NCBI GenBank assembly: GCA_051362555.1
Contig: CM120641.1
Span: forward strand, 17,918,001 to 17,982,000
DNA length: 64,000 nt
Source of the DNA: Lingula anatina
Taxonomy: Eukaryota > Animalia > Brachiopoda
Direction of reading: 5' to 3'
Shown: in pieces, positions 47,301-60,437 of the stretch
How the letters are laid out: the number at the start of each line of letters is the position of its first letter
Position numbering within the stretch: position 1 is the first letter of the stretch
Notes under the pieces: model-generated
The model's database searches: none
Told to the model about the DNA's origin: nothing
Seen by the model: only the letters and a program-made list of their open reading frames with translations
Made by a program: the position numbers and the translations under genes

Positions 47301-50300
47301 ATGGTATATTTGTTTTATTGGAACTTTTTACTGTGTTGGCATGATTTTGTCATTATTTGAGTTCCTTAATTGCTACCAGGGGATTTTAATCTGATCCAGT
47401 CACATTTGTTGGTCAAATTCTGGTAGTTTTTTAAAGGTAAAACTGAAGTTGTACAAAAGCTAAGGCTTCGTTCACATGCAATGTCTATTTTCTAAATTCT
47501 ATTTTCTATTTGCGGTATGTCTTATGATCACGGTCAGTGGCCTGAATATCCCGTGGCGTAATTACTGGCAGAGCCAGTTACTATAAGTTACTATAAGTAA
47601 CTGGCTCGCGCTGCCAGTAATTACGCGGCGGGATATTTAGGGCACAGACCGTGATCAGAAGATAGCGCAAATAGAAAATAGAAATTAGAAAATAGACATT
47701 GCATGTGAACGAAGCCTAAAACTAGGTCCTGGAATTTTATAGCTTGGAGGACAAGAGTGAGGCCCATATTTCAAATGCTGATAGTTTTCTACCTGACTTT
47801 CCATCAGCTATTTAGACTTTCCATGAGCTATTTAGACTTCCATGAGCTATTTTCCTTGGATGTGTAAGGCATTGTGTACAGGAATGTAATTCACGTGGTC
47901 TTATTCATGTCATTACTACTACTAGACTGACATAAGTATCATGGCCTATATTCACAGCAAAGTAAAATATGACAGCACTGTGACAGCACACTGAGACCAA
48001 CTGTGACATATTAAAACATAACTTTTTATCATTACCTTTTTTTCAGTTATGAGACAAGTTTTTGACTTGATTTTTGTTTTTGCAGGACTCATTCATTATA
48101 GACACTGGGGAGGCAGGCCTCTGGGTCTGGAATGGAAAAAAAGCCTCAAAGAAAGAGAAAGATGAGGCAATGAGGAATGCTAATGTGAGTTACTCTCTTG
48201 ACTGGTGTATTTAACAGAATTAAGTCAATTTTTTGTATCACCTTGTCAGTTATGAACGCGCACATACACACACTCACCTCAAGTACATATGCATTCTCAC
48301 AGACACCTTCCCAACAGCAGCCTGTCTCTGTACACCTTCAGTTCACTCAGTGGATCTTTTGCTTGGCAGACACCAATATTATAATGACATGTAACTGATC
48401 ATGTCAGAAAAAATACTTCAGAAGCTGTTGTATTTCATAGTGTTACTGTGAATGCATGTCGAATCTACCACTACTTCATGATGATATTTTTCATTGGTTT
48501 GAAGCATGTTCATTTATTAAAGAATTTCCCTAGTATTAGCTTTACATAAAGCATGTCGAGGGGTGATAATATATTTGCTTGCTTTACGGGTTTTTGAATG
48601 ATGATTTTTCTGAATGACAGACTGGGTGACTTGACTACTGTTATAGACTAATTCTAGAAATTGAATGAAAACAGAAAGTGAAGGCAGAACAGGGTATTGA
48701 TCGTACAGTGTGAAAATCATTTCGCCAATGTGTCTGGCACATGTGGCATAGTATAGTCAGTGTGATGGTGCTTTAATAGATGCAGATGTTTCAATAACAA
48801 TTTCACTATAATGATTATGGAAAAAGTCATTTCATACAAATTAATAGACAGAGAGACATGGATAAAATATCTAAAACTTGCCTTAAACCCCAATTGGATT
48901 AAGTTTTGAAAAAAAAAGCAGAGTCAATAAACAGTAAACAGAAACTAGAATCAATAAATAAAAAACAGCATTTTCAAAAGTTCTGCTTTCACCAAAGCAG
49001 ACATGAGCTTTTTCCCCTGAAATGCAGAATTCTGCATTTTTCAATTCAATTCTGATGGTTCCTGAGATTCATCTTGTCTTAGATTTGCTAAATGTTCAGA
49101 GTTTTTTTTAACCTAGGCTCATGTCTGCCAAAGTATTGTTTTGATTTTTTATTTATTTATTTATTTTTTTTTTGCATTTGAGTTTCTTGAAGATGTAGAT
49201 ATAATGTCACTGTCCTCATATCTTTAACAAAATAGTTCATTGGTTTACTTTCAGCAAGCAGAACCCTAATTGCTCATCCCATGTAATCTCTCTCAGTAAT
49301 CTAACTTCTCACATATACCAATTTAAACTGATTGCTATACTCTAGGAATACTGAGGGATGTCACAGTCAGGGGTTCTGCCTGAAATTAAGCCTATTATAG
49401 TAAGACATATTTTGTTAAAATGATGAGATCTAGATGACAGCACTGCCTTTGAACCTCTACCTATATCTCATTATTATTATTACCCATATCCCACATTCCT
49501 GCATGCAGGGGTATATTAAAAAGAAAGGCTACAGTAAAAACACCCCCGTGACCCGAGTGATTGAGGGCGGAGAGGGAACTCGCTTTAAAATGTTGTTCAA
49601 ATCCTGGCCTGAGCCCCAAGCCTCTGGAAAGGTGTACCGCACAAGCAAAATTGGTGAGTGAATTTGTCACATGCTGGCTGTGCGCTTCTTTATAATGCTT
49701 GCCTTTGTTTGATGTGCTTTATGTTGGCATTTGAATTGCATTAGATTAGACTAAGTGCAAAGTATTTCAAATTTATTTATTTTTATTAATAATATCTACT
49801 GATGTGATGCACTGAAAATTTATTGCTTTTTTGCCACCAAACATGATAAGTTATGTAGTTCAAAAGAATTTGCTTCATAACCTGGTTCCATCTTAACTAA
49901 AGTGAAATTTATTGTATAATCATTGAAAGAAGTCAAATTTTATGTAAGAGTGAAAGATGATCTTAAGAAAGAGAGATTTGAATGCTTTTGACTAGACATT
50001 GGTTTGCTTTATCAGCATAAAGTTATTTGGTTTGTTTAAACTACAGGACCTGGTTTTTGCTACAGTAAATGCTTGCACTGCTTTATGTCATAGATTGAAA
50101 AATTATTGATTTGATTTCTTTTCAAAACACACCAGTGGTAAATTACTGACACCAGACATTATTTATGTCATAAGAGGTGAAAAAAGTTAATAAGAGAAAG
50201 TGAAATTTTTAAACACTCACATAAATTACAAATAATATGATATACAAAATAATGGTTGGTTTTGTTTCAATGGACAGGAAGAACATGATTTTAGATACTT

Positions 50301-53300
50301 TTTCCTCACACATGGACAGATTGGTGTGTGATAAACATTTTTATATTGCTACTAGTAGAGTTGAATTTCACAAGCTTTTTTGCGAGCATTATTGATAAAA
50401 ATTAATTACCTAGCAAGATATTAAAAGAAACATTCACAACATTCTAAAATTCAAAATATTTTGAATGTTTGATGTAAAATATCTTTGTGCAAAAATCCAG
50501 GGTTCAGTATAGAAGCAATACAATTTTTTACCTAAAATGAAAACGTAGTGAATCTTGAGGCTATGACTTTGAACTTTTGTTATACTCATTGAACTGACAG
50601 TTTTCATTTAGCAGTTAAGAAGTGTATTCATAACTGTAGTTTTACATTAACTTTTTGTGCTGTGTTTCTTTGCTTGTATTTTGATGTAACCTTTTCTTGT
50701 CTTCTTCTTTTCTTTCTATTATCATGCTGTGTTTGTCTGTATGTGTCCTGCACTATAGCTGACAGTAAGTCTGTTACTCTTACTTTGTACTTTAGTTCTT
50801 TGTTTACATGTATGTTTTGTAGTCCACATGCATGCTAACTGTGTTTGTTGGTAATTTGGTTTTAACTCATTAACATTTAACATGTGACAATTTGGTATTA
50901 ACCACATGGATTATTGATTAATTGATTATTGATTGGCATTTTGGTTTTTATTTGATCTAGAATCACAGGAGGCAATTTTTTCAATATTAAGTAACATTTC
51001 ATGGTCCTTTCCTACCAATCCACTCTGATTTATTTGGCATATATATTTTATAACATTTATCCCAGTAATTACAGTATGTGCCCTTCCCTCCTTTTTTGAA
51101 TCCATTTTCCAAGGTACAAGTCTTCCATATCTTCTGCTTTTCCCCCTCATGTATTCCACATTTGAAATTTCAGTCAATATAAAAACATATACATAATCTT
51201 AATTAACCAAAATCTGACCAATTAATTTGATATTCATTCATGGATTCTCTTAGTAACATATTTATAAGATTAAAGAAAAAGTGATAATAAGTAAAAATAA
51301 ACTTCCTGTATATACATGTGTCTGATGAAATTTTGAAAGACTAAATGCACATAATTTTAGCCAAAACAGTGCAGACTAAGTTTGATGTGGCTACTCTTCA
51401 CTCCAACCCCACCCTGGCTGCTGAGACTCAAATGGTGGATGATGGAACTGGGAAAGTGGAGGTAAGGATTTCTGATGGTTCCATTTTGATTATAATATTG
51501 GCTTACTATATTATTTTATTGATGTTATAAGGTAGATGTCAGTTTAATGTGATGAAATGAAAATGACTGATTTGAATTTTCAATGCACAGACAATTTTGT
51601 GATTTCAATTAACTGTCTCTAGCTGCTGACCATGTTTATTTTAATTATGCTACTAATAAGAACATTGGACATTGTATTGTCTTCACACACTCTTTTTGAG
51701 ATCAAACTTGGTGTGTACTAATGCATGGTAAAGAATTTTGAACTTAATGATTTTTCCAATGATGTATTTGAATATTTTGTAGTATTTGTTTTTATATCTC
51801 ATAATCAAAAGGTCAAAGAAATTCAGTGGGTCAGAAATAATTTAATGGCACACTATATACGTCAATCTCTGGCATGAAATCTGTGTATGCATTTTTCTCC
51901 TTTCCAGGTGTTTGTTGTTCACAACTTTGACTTAGTTGCACAGGATAAAAAACACTATGGCCAGTTCTTTGCTGGAGATTGCTATGTTATTCTTTACACA
52001 TATGAAGTGGGTACCCAGACAAGACATCTGATTTACTACTGGCAGGTAAGATCAGTGCATACATAACCTTACAAGAATGTGATATCTTCTTCAGTCCTTC
52101 ATGTATCTGAATGACTTGATCTTTTCAATGGGGAAGATTCTGCATTTTCAGGCCTACCCAACTACCAGACTCGGCACCGAATGATCCTGAATTCACTGGT
52201 AAATTGGACCACACTACCCGTTTTCAAGGTGTGTATCAGTACGCATTTCACAGTATCAGACGCAACACCGCTCTTGCCTAGTACGCGATGTGATAGTGAC
52301 GATTCTCAGCGGGGTTGAAAAGCATTGCATCACCAGTCAAAATTTGTTCAGGGTATGATACTGTGTAATGCGTACTGACTCACACCTTGAAAACGGGTAG
52401 TGTGGTCTGATCGATCGGTGAATTCAGGATCATTCGGTGCCGAGTCTGGTAGTTGGATAGGCCAGATTTTATATATACTCAATTTTTTAACACCCCATTT
52501 CCATAGATTAGATCGACCTACTTTAGATCGACCTAACTCCCTGGGGGTTCACGCTAAATAGCTGTCAGCCGGGCGGACACGAAAGTTAATTACCCCCTTA
52601 CAGCTTGTAGTAGGCGGGACGGACATTTAAGTCGGATTATCTGAAAGTAATCTAGTGAGACTCCCCACGGGGATAGATCGATCTAAAATCTATGGGAATA
52701 GAGCCTAAGTCATATTCTTTGAGTTAGAACATTCCTTTTGAGTAGTACGTAGCAACAAAACTGAAAAGCAGGCCACCTTATTCACATAGTTCTATTCTAT
52801 TCTATACACTGAAAGCATCACAAAGCTACACAGTAATATAAATTTTAATGATTCCTAAATAATGTATCTGAAAAATCAATAATTTTTCCCTGTTGAAGGG
52901 ATCGAGTCATTACTTATAACTACAACAAAGTTGACTTGGGTTTACTCTCCTTAAGTTTTCTTCTCAACTGAAAGGGGGTATCATATGCATGGAGATTACC
53001 TTGGTGGTAATTGCATAGTTAATATGGTCCAAGTTCATAGCAGATATTATTCATAGAAGAAAAGTTGGTTTGAGTGGTAGTTGTATGTATGTTATTAATG
53101 TTTCTGTCATGAACTTGTCGAAAATGAAATGATTTTACGGAGACTAAATCTTATTCCCTATTGTTTGTTAACTGAGAACTATAAGCACTTTTATAACTTT
53201 TGATAAACATTAGCACATGTCGAGACTCTTAGCTATACATGACGTATTTAGAGGAAAAAATCCAATTAAAATATTTTGGCTAAAATTAAAATTGGCGAAA

Positions 53301-56300
53301 TGATTTTTGTCAAAAAAATATAATTTTATTCATTGGTTATTTCTTGACAGTGCTAGCATGTGTCACTGTACCACCAGCTAGAACATCTTGGTCTTGTTTT
53401 CTAATATATCCAGCTGCATCTGGGTCTGTGGTTTTATGTTAAATTTGTGAAAAGGGATATAAAAATGGTAGAAGCAATGCCTGCTTTTACTAGATTAGAA
53501 AAATGATATTATTGACTGGGTGTAAGTTTGGTACACTGATAAAAAACTGCCTTAAAAGCATTGTAATGTCTTGATTTAGTTGCTCTCTTTGTTGATATGC
53601 CTTTCATTGAATGAGCGGCACTAGTTTACAACAGTTTCAAGCTATTACTTAAATTTTGGACTTGTAGGGCCTGAAATCCACCACTGATGAGAAGGGTACG
53701 TCAGCATTAAAGGCAGTGGAGCTGGATGACAAGTATGGGGGAGAGCCAGTGCAGGTCAGTGTGGTCCAGCTGATATTATACAATTATATTGTCCTTGGCT
53801 GGTCAGAAATTCTGAACAGGGACTTGTGTTCCAGGTGTTAAGTATTTTTTGTGAGAAATCAAAAATATTTGAATGACCAAAATTTTCGGAATGAAAAGTG
53901 CTGTAAAATTGTGGTTCATGAACTATAATATATCTGTAGGCAGTAGATTGAGTATTACAAGACACACAAGGAAGTTTTATTGTACACCAATATAGCATTT
54001 TAATGGCAATTCTGTCCAATGATGAATTAAGTTCAGTGCTATTTGAATAATTCATGACATGTCAATCCTGGCATTACGTAACTTCTTGAATACAAAGTGG
54101 AGTTATATCTCAATAATGTGTTCTTTTTTTAGATCCGTGTTGTACAGAACAAAGAACCACCACATTTCATGGCCATGTTCAAAGGGAGAATGATTATATT
54201 TTCGGTAAAATTGCATTTGGGTAAAATTCTTCCATGATATTAAACTGATATTATATAGTTTCATCATATTAGATAACAACATTGGGGGTAGTTTAAGTGA
54301 AATTATGTCATTTTTACATCTAAAAGAGTCTAAAATGTTTTAACATGGCACAATTAGTTCAACACATACTTTATTTTGATACACGGCCGTTGTGGTCAAC
54401 AGGAGACAGGCAAGTTTAAATTTAAGGACCAAATTTAAAGACATATAACAACAAGGTTTCTACACTGTCTCATAAAAATGTGTGTATTTCTGTGTGTTAG
54501 GGAGGGAAAGCAGGCTGGGGCCAGACAGGAGGAAATGATGGACCTGGAGACTCCTACTTATTGCAAGTCCGAGGGACATCACCCGCCAACACCAAGGCTA
54601 TACAGGTATACATATACCATCATAATCTCCTACCACCCTTACTTTAGTGGGGAATATAGTACCTAGCAAAATGAAAAAAGTTGCTGCAAATTTGCCGCAA
54701 ACTATTTACTTTGCTGTAAAAAGTCTCTACAAGTAAATAGTAAAAAAAAAATTGTTGCTGTAATTTGCCTGCAAATTTGTAAGAGCATCTTAAGTTTGCA
54801 AAAAAGTATTTAGATTCTTGAAAACTTGTAACAAAACACATTACATGGAAAAAATTATTTAAGCAAATTTGCAACAAATTTAAAGGAAAACTTTCTGACA
54901 GGCCTGAAATTTAAAGGGAGATCAGTGACTGCAGTTGTAAACCAAAAGTTATTGTGTAGTTTTCAAACAGAAGTTTCTTTTTCCTTTCAGGTTGATTTAA
55001 GAGCAGCCTCTTTGAATTCCAATGATGTCTTTGTTCTTTTCCAAAAGGGAGCAGTATATATCTGGTGTGGCAAGGTAGAGTTCAGTAGCAAAATTAATTT
55101 TTTTGCTCTGCAGACCATCAAGTCTCCACATGTTACAACATATATAAATGTATATACAAGTTTGAAAAAATGGTCATCCAAAATTGAAATATAGGGAGTC
55201 CAAAAGACAGCTGGATAGTTGTCTGACTAATACCCCACTTTTACATTATTTGCATCATAGATCATTATCAGAGTAAACTTGATTAAAAGATGAACAGGGT
55301 CTTAGGAAAATAACAACTAAAATGCATAACTTGTTGAATTGTAAAATGGCAATTAATTCAACAATTACCTTTGCTTTTTAAGATTTGCTTAATTTTTTTT
55401 TTATTTTAGTGCTTTTATGATGAAAAAAGGAAAAAAAAATACATTTCTTTATCTAGGGAAGCACTGGTGATGAGCGAGAGATGGCCAAACATGTCTCCAA
55501 AATATCTCCCAGGGAGCCTATCCTGGTATTTGAGGGGACTGAAAAACCCGATTTCTGGAAAGCCATTGGAGGTCAAGAGGCTTATTCCAGTGATAAGATA
55601 CTTCAGGTTTGTCATTATAACTTTTGTGTAGTTTATGGTATTTTGGTAGCAAAATGTGTCATTAATTTTTGTTCTTCAATCATTCAGTATCCTTGCTATC
55701 TATGGGAATATTTAGATTGAGTATACAGCATGACTTAATTGAAATCTTAACAGTCTTATGTTGTCAATGTGATATTATTTTGTCTTTAGGAACCAGATAT
55801 AGATCGTCCTCCTAGACTATTTCAGTGCTCTAATGCATCAGGCAGGTTCATTATGGAAGAAATTACCGATTTCACTCAAGTAAGTTCCTGCAATTGAGGA
55901 AGCATGGTTTTCTTTGTTAAAACTATTTTTCTTTATTGTAATGTTGAAAATTATATTAATGTCATTATGTTTAAGGCAAATACTTTATTAATCAACAATC
56001 ATTGCTTGTTAGCGACCATTTTTACTCACAAGTTTTCATTTTAGGTATTGTTGTTAAGTACATATGTTATTAAATAGTGCATGATGTATTTGGCATTAAA
56101 CAGGCAAGTTATATTATGGTTTTTGCACAAATTGTATTACAGCAAGATCTTGTGACTGATGATGTCATGTTGCTGGATGCCCAGCAGAATGTGTTTATAT
56201 GGGTGGGAGAGGGAGCCAATAAAGAAGAGAAGACACAAGCTGAAAAGGCTGCATTTGTAAGGCAATGTTTTGAATTTGTATTATAATTTTTACTTGCATG

Positions 56301-59300
56301 TGCAAATATTTACTGTAACAAGCATTTGAGCAGACACAAATCATCTAATGTACGCATATATATTCCTATATTTGGACATGCATGTAAATACCTATACATG
56401 CACATATGCACTCTAAATCAAGTCAAAATACCAAACAAGGCAGCAAAGCTGTCAAATGTACAGACAAAAAACAGGAAATAACTATGCACAAAATAGGCTA
56501 CTGTCATTTCTGATGCAAAATTTTAATGATTGAATTTGACAAACTGCAATGATATGAGTTTATTTCCATTTTTGAAACTTTATTACACAATACACGATAA
56601 CAAGTTTACCATCATTTTTACATAATCAACTAATAATGTTGTAAAGATGCAGGAAATGCCAAACAAACACTTTTACATATCTTATTAATTAAATAATGAA
56701 ACTGTTAACATGCCTAAGAAATGAATCTGAGGAAATGTGAAAAAACGGCATTTCTTTGAAATAATGGCCCGATTAAGCTGATTTTTGAACTCAACCTGCG
56801 TTTTAGCAGGAATGACCACTCCTGTGAGTTTCATGACAATTGGCCCATCTGTTTTTCTTATATTGTGTTTACAGTGTTGCATATATGCTGAAAAATGAAA
56901 AAACAGCATAACTACTAAAACAGTGGCCCGATCATGCTGATTTTCGAACTTGACCTGCGTTTTTATAAGACTGATTACTCCTGTGAGTTTCATGACAACA
57001 GGCCTAACGGTTTTCCTTAAAATGTGTTTACAGGGTTGCATATATGCTGAAAAGTGAAAAAACAGCATAACTTCTACAATAATGGCCCGATCATGCTGAT
57101 TTTCAAACTTGACCTGCGTTTTATGAATATTCATCAGCTTGGTAAACATACAGCCAAAAAGTAAAACTGCCTTCCACTTATCATGTTTACAATGAAAGTG
57201 CACGGCGCCAGCGCTGGCGACAGTGACGGCGGCGACGGCAGATACAGGTGATGGCAATATGTACAGACACATCTGTACATATTTACTGTACTGTTTGAGA
57301 ACAGTAAGTGACATTGTTTTTCTTAAATGGTCATCATGGGAGCAGTGCCCAAAACAGTTTTTTTTTTCAAATTTTGATGCAATATTACATTATGTTTAAC
57401 AGCATAATGACCATCAATTTTAATAATAAAATATTAGTATCATGGATATTCAGAAAATGTGACTAGCAAAGGTCTTCAGGCCCATATGGAACTTCAAAGT
57501 CACAACTTGAAAATGCCAAAATGTAAACAAGACAGCACTGTTCTGAAATGTTTTTTTTTTCCATTTTTAACAATTTTTTAAACATAAAACAAAATTAACA
57601 GGTTATTGCCATCTTTATATGATCAACTAAGAAAATTGATGAGATGGGAAAAATATAAATACAACAGAGTTAAATGTCCAATTTCCTCCATTCTGAGATT
57701 CTAAACATAGTGAATGATTGCATCTGACAAACTGCAATGATATGAGTTTATTTCCATTTTTGAAACTTTATTACACAATACATGATAACAAGTTTACCAT
57801 CAGTTTTACATAATCAACTAATAATGTTGTAAAGATACAGGAAATGTCAACCAAACACTTAAACATGTCTTATTAGTTAAATAATGAGACTGTTAACATG
57901 CCTAAGAATTGAATCTGAGGAAATGTGAAACAAGACAGCACTGTTCTGACATGGGTTTATTTCCATTTTTAACACTTTTTTTAACATAAAACAAAATAAA
58001 CAGTTTACTGCAATTTTTATATGATCAACTAAGAAAATTGATGAGATGGGGAAAATATCAATAGAATAGTGTTAAATGTCTAATTTCCTCCATTCTGAGA
58101 TTCTGAACATAGTGAATGATTAAATCTGACAAACTGCAATGATATGAGTTTATTTCCATTTTTGACACTTTATTACACAATACACGATAACAAGTTTACC
58201 ATCATTTTTACATAATCAACTAACAATGTTGTAAAGATGCAGGAAATGTCAAACAAACACTTTTACGTATCTTATTAGTTCAATAATGAAACTGTTAACA
58301 TGCCTAAGAGTTGAATCTGAGGAAATGTGAAAAAACAGCATAACTTCTAAAATAATGCCCCGATTATGCTGATTTTTGAACTCAACCTCCATTTTAGTAA
58401 GATTGACCACTACTGTGAGTTTCATGACAACAGGCCTAAAGGTTTTCCTTAAAATGTGTTTACAGGGTTGCATATATGCTGAAAAAAGTGAAAAAACAGC
58501 ATAACTTCCCTTAAAATGGCCCGATCATGCTGATTTTCGAACTTGACCTGCGTTTTATGAATATTCATCAGCTCTGTAAATATTAAGCCAAAAAGTGAAA
58601 CTGCCTTCCACTTATCGTGTTTACAAGGAAAGTGCACGGCGCCGGCGACGGCATCGGCATCGGCATCGCCATCGGCATCGGCATCGGCGACGACAGACGC
58701 AGGTGATGGCAATATGTACAGACACATCTGTGTCTGTACATAAAAAGAAAGAATAATAATAATGGTGAAATAATAACAGAATGATATAAAAATGAATAGA
58801 TAAATTATAAGCTTGTTTATGGTTTTGATAAAGTTTTTAGGGCTGTTTAATTTTCTGCAGTATTTCAGGTATTTCCTTGTATTTTCTCAATTTTCCAGGA
58901 ATATATTAATACAGACCCTACAGGCCGTGATCCAGATACACCAGTGTTGAAAATAAAGCAAGGTTTTGAACCTCCAAATTTTACAGGGTTCTTTGGCACT
59001 TGGGACAAAGATATGTGGAGTGTGAGTAGGCAATGTGTATTTATTGTTTAGACTTGTAAAACGTTGGTTGGGAAATGAGGAGAATTGAATGAAAGTAACA
59101 GGTGCATAATTGTGGTACCTGTATGTGAAGAGAGCTTTCTACATGTAAGAGATCAACATGCGTTAAAGAAATTGAACAATTTGAAATTTTATTTTAATTC
59201 AAAATAGGGATAACTAATAGAAATGAGATCATATAAAGAATTTTAAAAAATAAGTGAATACAGTATAAAGAGAGTTGCTATTAAAATGTGAATGAATTTA

Positions 59301-60437
59301 TGAAAAGTTTATTCATTATAAATATTCAGCACAAGTTAATTTTTTTTCTCACCATTAGCTCATGGCCAATTGGTCAAAGGCCTTCAGACTTATGTGAGTA
59401 GACACTCACTGATTGCAAGGTGGTATAGTGGTCAGATTGGGAATTATCTACAGAATGACAGTGTATATTTATCACTTAATGGAAGTTTTTAGATATCCAT
59501 CTTAGTTTTTAAGAATTACACCTTGCTTTTTTATCTATCTACAGAAGGGCAAAACATTTGAAGAGTTGAAGGCAGAGCTAGGAGCAGAAAATGTTGGTGT
59601 TAAGTCTGTTGACCAGGTATGTACAGATGACAGGGCAAATAGGATCTCAAGACATCCTTGTTTTTGTCTAAAATGGAAACAAATTATTTGCTTAAACACA
59701 GATATGTTGTGTAAATACACAGAAAGTTAACATAAAGTAACAAGATAAAACAGTAGGATATCAAGAAATGGTGAGTCTGGTTAATGGGTGTAACACTCAC
59801 AATAATTCATTACAAACCTCACCAAGATTTAACACGCATGGCATTTATAGTTTAAAGATCTAGCCGCTAGATATTTATCTTTGACAGACCCATTGGAAAT
59901 ATTTCTAGTTACCAGCAGGCGATTCTTGAATCTGTTTCAGAGTAACATGAATGGCAGCACAAACTTCAGTGATGTTCCCAAGTACTCCCTAGAGCAACTC
60001 CAGTGTAAGGAGGGCGAGGGGCTACCAGAGGGTGTGGAGGCTGCGTCCAAAGAGGTGAGTGTCCTGGTAGAGTACATTGAAGAGAGTCCTGAGCTTGGCT
60101 TGGACAGAACATGACCATCACTTGAAATGCTCATAATTACTCTACAGGACAATGGTTGGACGACAATCGTCTACATTTCTAATTTATATAAGCTCAATTT
60201 CAAAATACACAAAAGAAAAAAAAAAAGGAATAGACGTGAATAAATGTGAAACTCTGAGATATAACATTCAGAAAATTACTGTGAAAATGTTTGTTATTAT
60301 AAATTTGTTATTATAAATTTCAGATATACCTGACTGAGGAAGTGTTTCAGAGTACCTTTGGCATGAACTATCAGAATTTCATGGAATTGCCAGTGTGGAA
60401 ACAGGCTCAGCTGAAGAAGCAGCACAAGCTTTTCTAA
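41385..60437 (+). CDS. Villin/advillin-family actin-binding protein (6 gelsolin repeats + headpiece), about 823 aa
   Basis: 24 coding exons: 41385-41465, 42933-43007, 44443-44508, 44795-44931, 45282-45387, 45714-45824, 46120-46221, 46566-46672, 47203-47281, 48086-48184, 49509-49653, 51361-51461, 51908-52045, 53668-53754, 54133-54204, 54501-54605, 54991-55074, 55457-55606, 55790-55879, 56143-56256, 58899-59021, 59545-59616, 59941-60054, 60324-60437. Motifs [32 protein letters not shown] and headpiece [16 protein letters not shown]. Confidence 0.95.
46680..46880. mobile_element. Degenerate MITE-like inverted repeat in a villin intron
   Basis: GATTCAGACATCA (about 46708) and TGATGTCTGAATC (about 46847) are inverted, with weaker outer matches. 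Confidence 0.45.
47464..47716. mobile_element. PIF/Harbinger (Tourist-like) foldback MITE
   Basis: GGCTTCGTTCACATGCAATG...CATTGCATGTGAACGAAGCC, palindromic over nearly its whole 253 bp and flanked by TAA on both sides. Confidence 0.85.
50759..50764 (+). CDS. Candidate 6-nt villin microexon (CTGACA)
   Basis: Long pyrimidine tract, TAG acceptor, 6 nt, perfect GTAAGT donor. Frame-preserving in a phase-1 intron. Confidence 0.6.
52151..52463. mobile_element. Foldback MITE with about 105-bp inverted arms
   Basis: GGCCTACCCAACTACCAGACTCGGCACCGAATGATCCTGAATTCAC... is mirrored by ...GTGAATTCAGGATCATTCGGTGCCGAGTCTGGTAGTTGGATAGGCC. Confidence 0.85.
52494..52706. mobile_element. Second, degenerate MITE adjacent to the previous one
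   Basis: CCATAGATTAGATCGACCTA versus TAGATCGATCTAAAATCTATGG form imperfect inverted termini around a GC-rich interior. Confidence 0.6.
56318..58745. mobile_element. Composite Helentron/HINE-like non-autonomous element with nested tandem duplications
   Basis: Starts AACAAG. A block at about 56525-56740 recurs at about 57710 and 58110; ~180-bp subrepeats (ggcccgatcatgctgattttcgaacttgacctgcg); GGCATC microsatellite; terminal hairpin ATGTACAGACACA-TC-TGTGTCTGTACAT at 58714-58741 followed by an A-run. Confidence 0.65.

Noticed and set aside
56685-58727. ORFs of 209, 74 and 92 aa on the minus strand
   Set aside because: They are translations of the tandem subrepeats of a non-autonomous element; no protein domain.
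59350-59440. tRNA/SINE-like fragments (tagctcatggccaattggtc, ggtggtatagtggtcag)
   Set aside because: A-box-like only; no B-box or cloverleaf.
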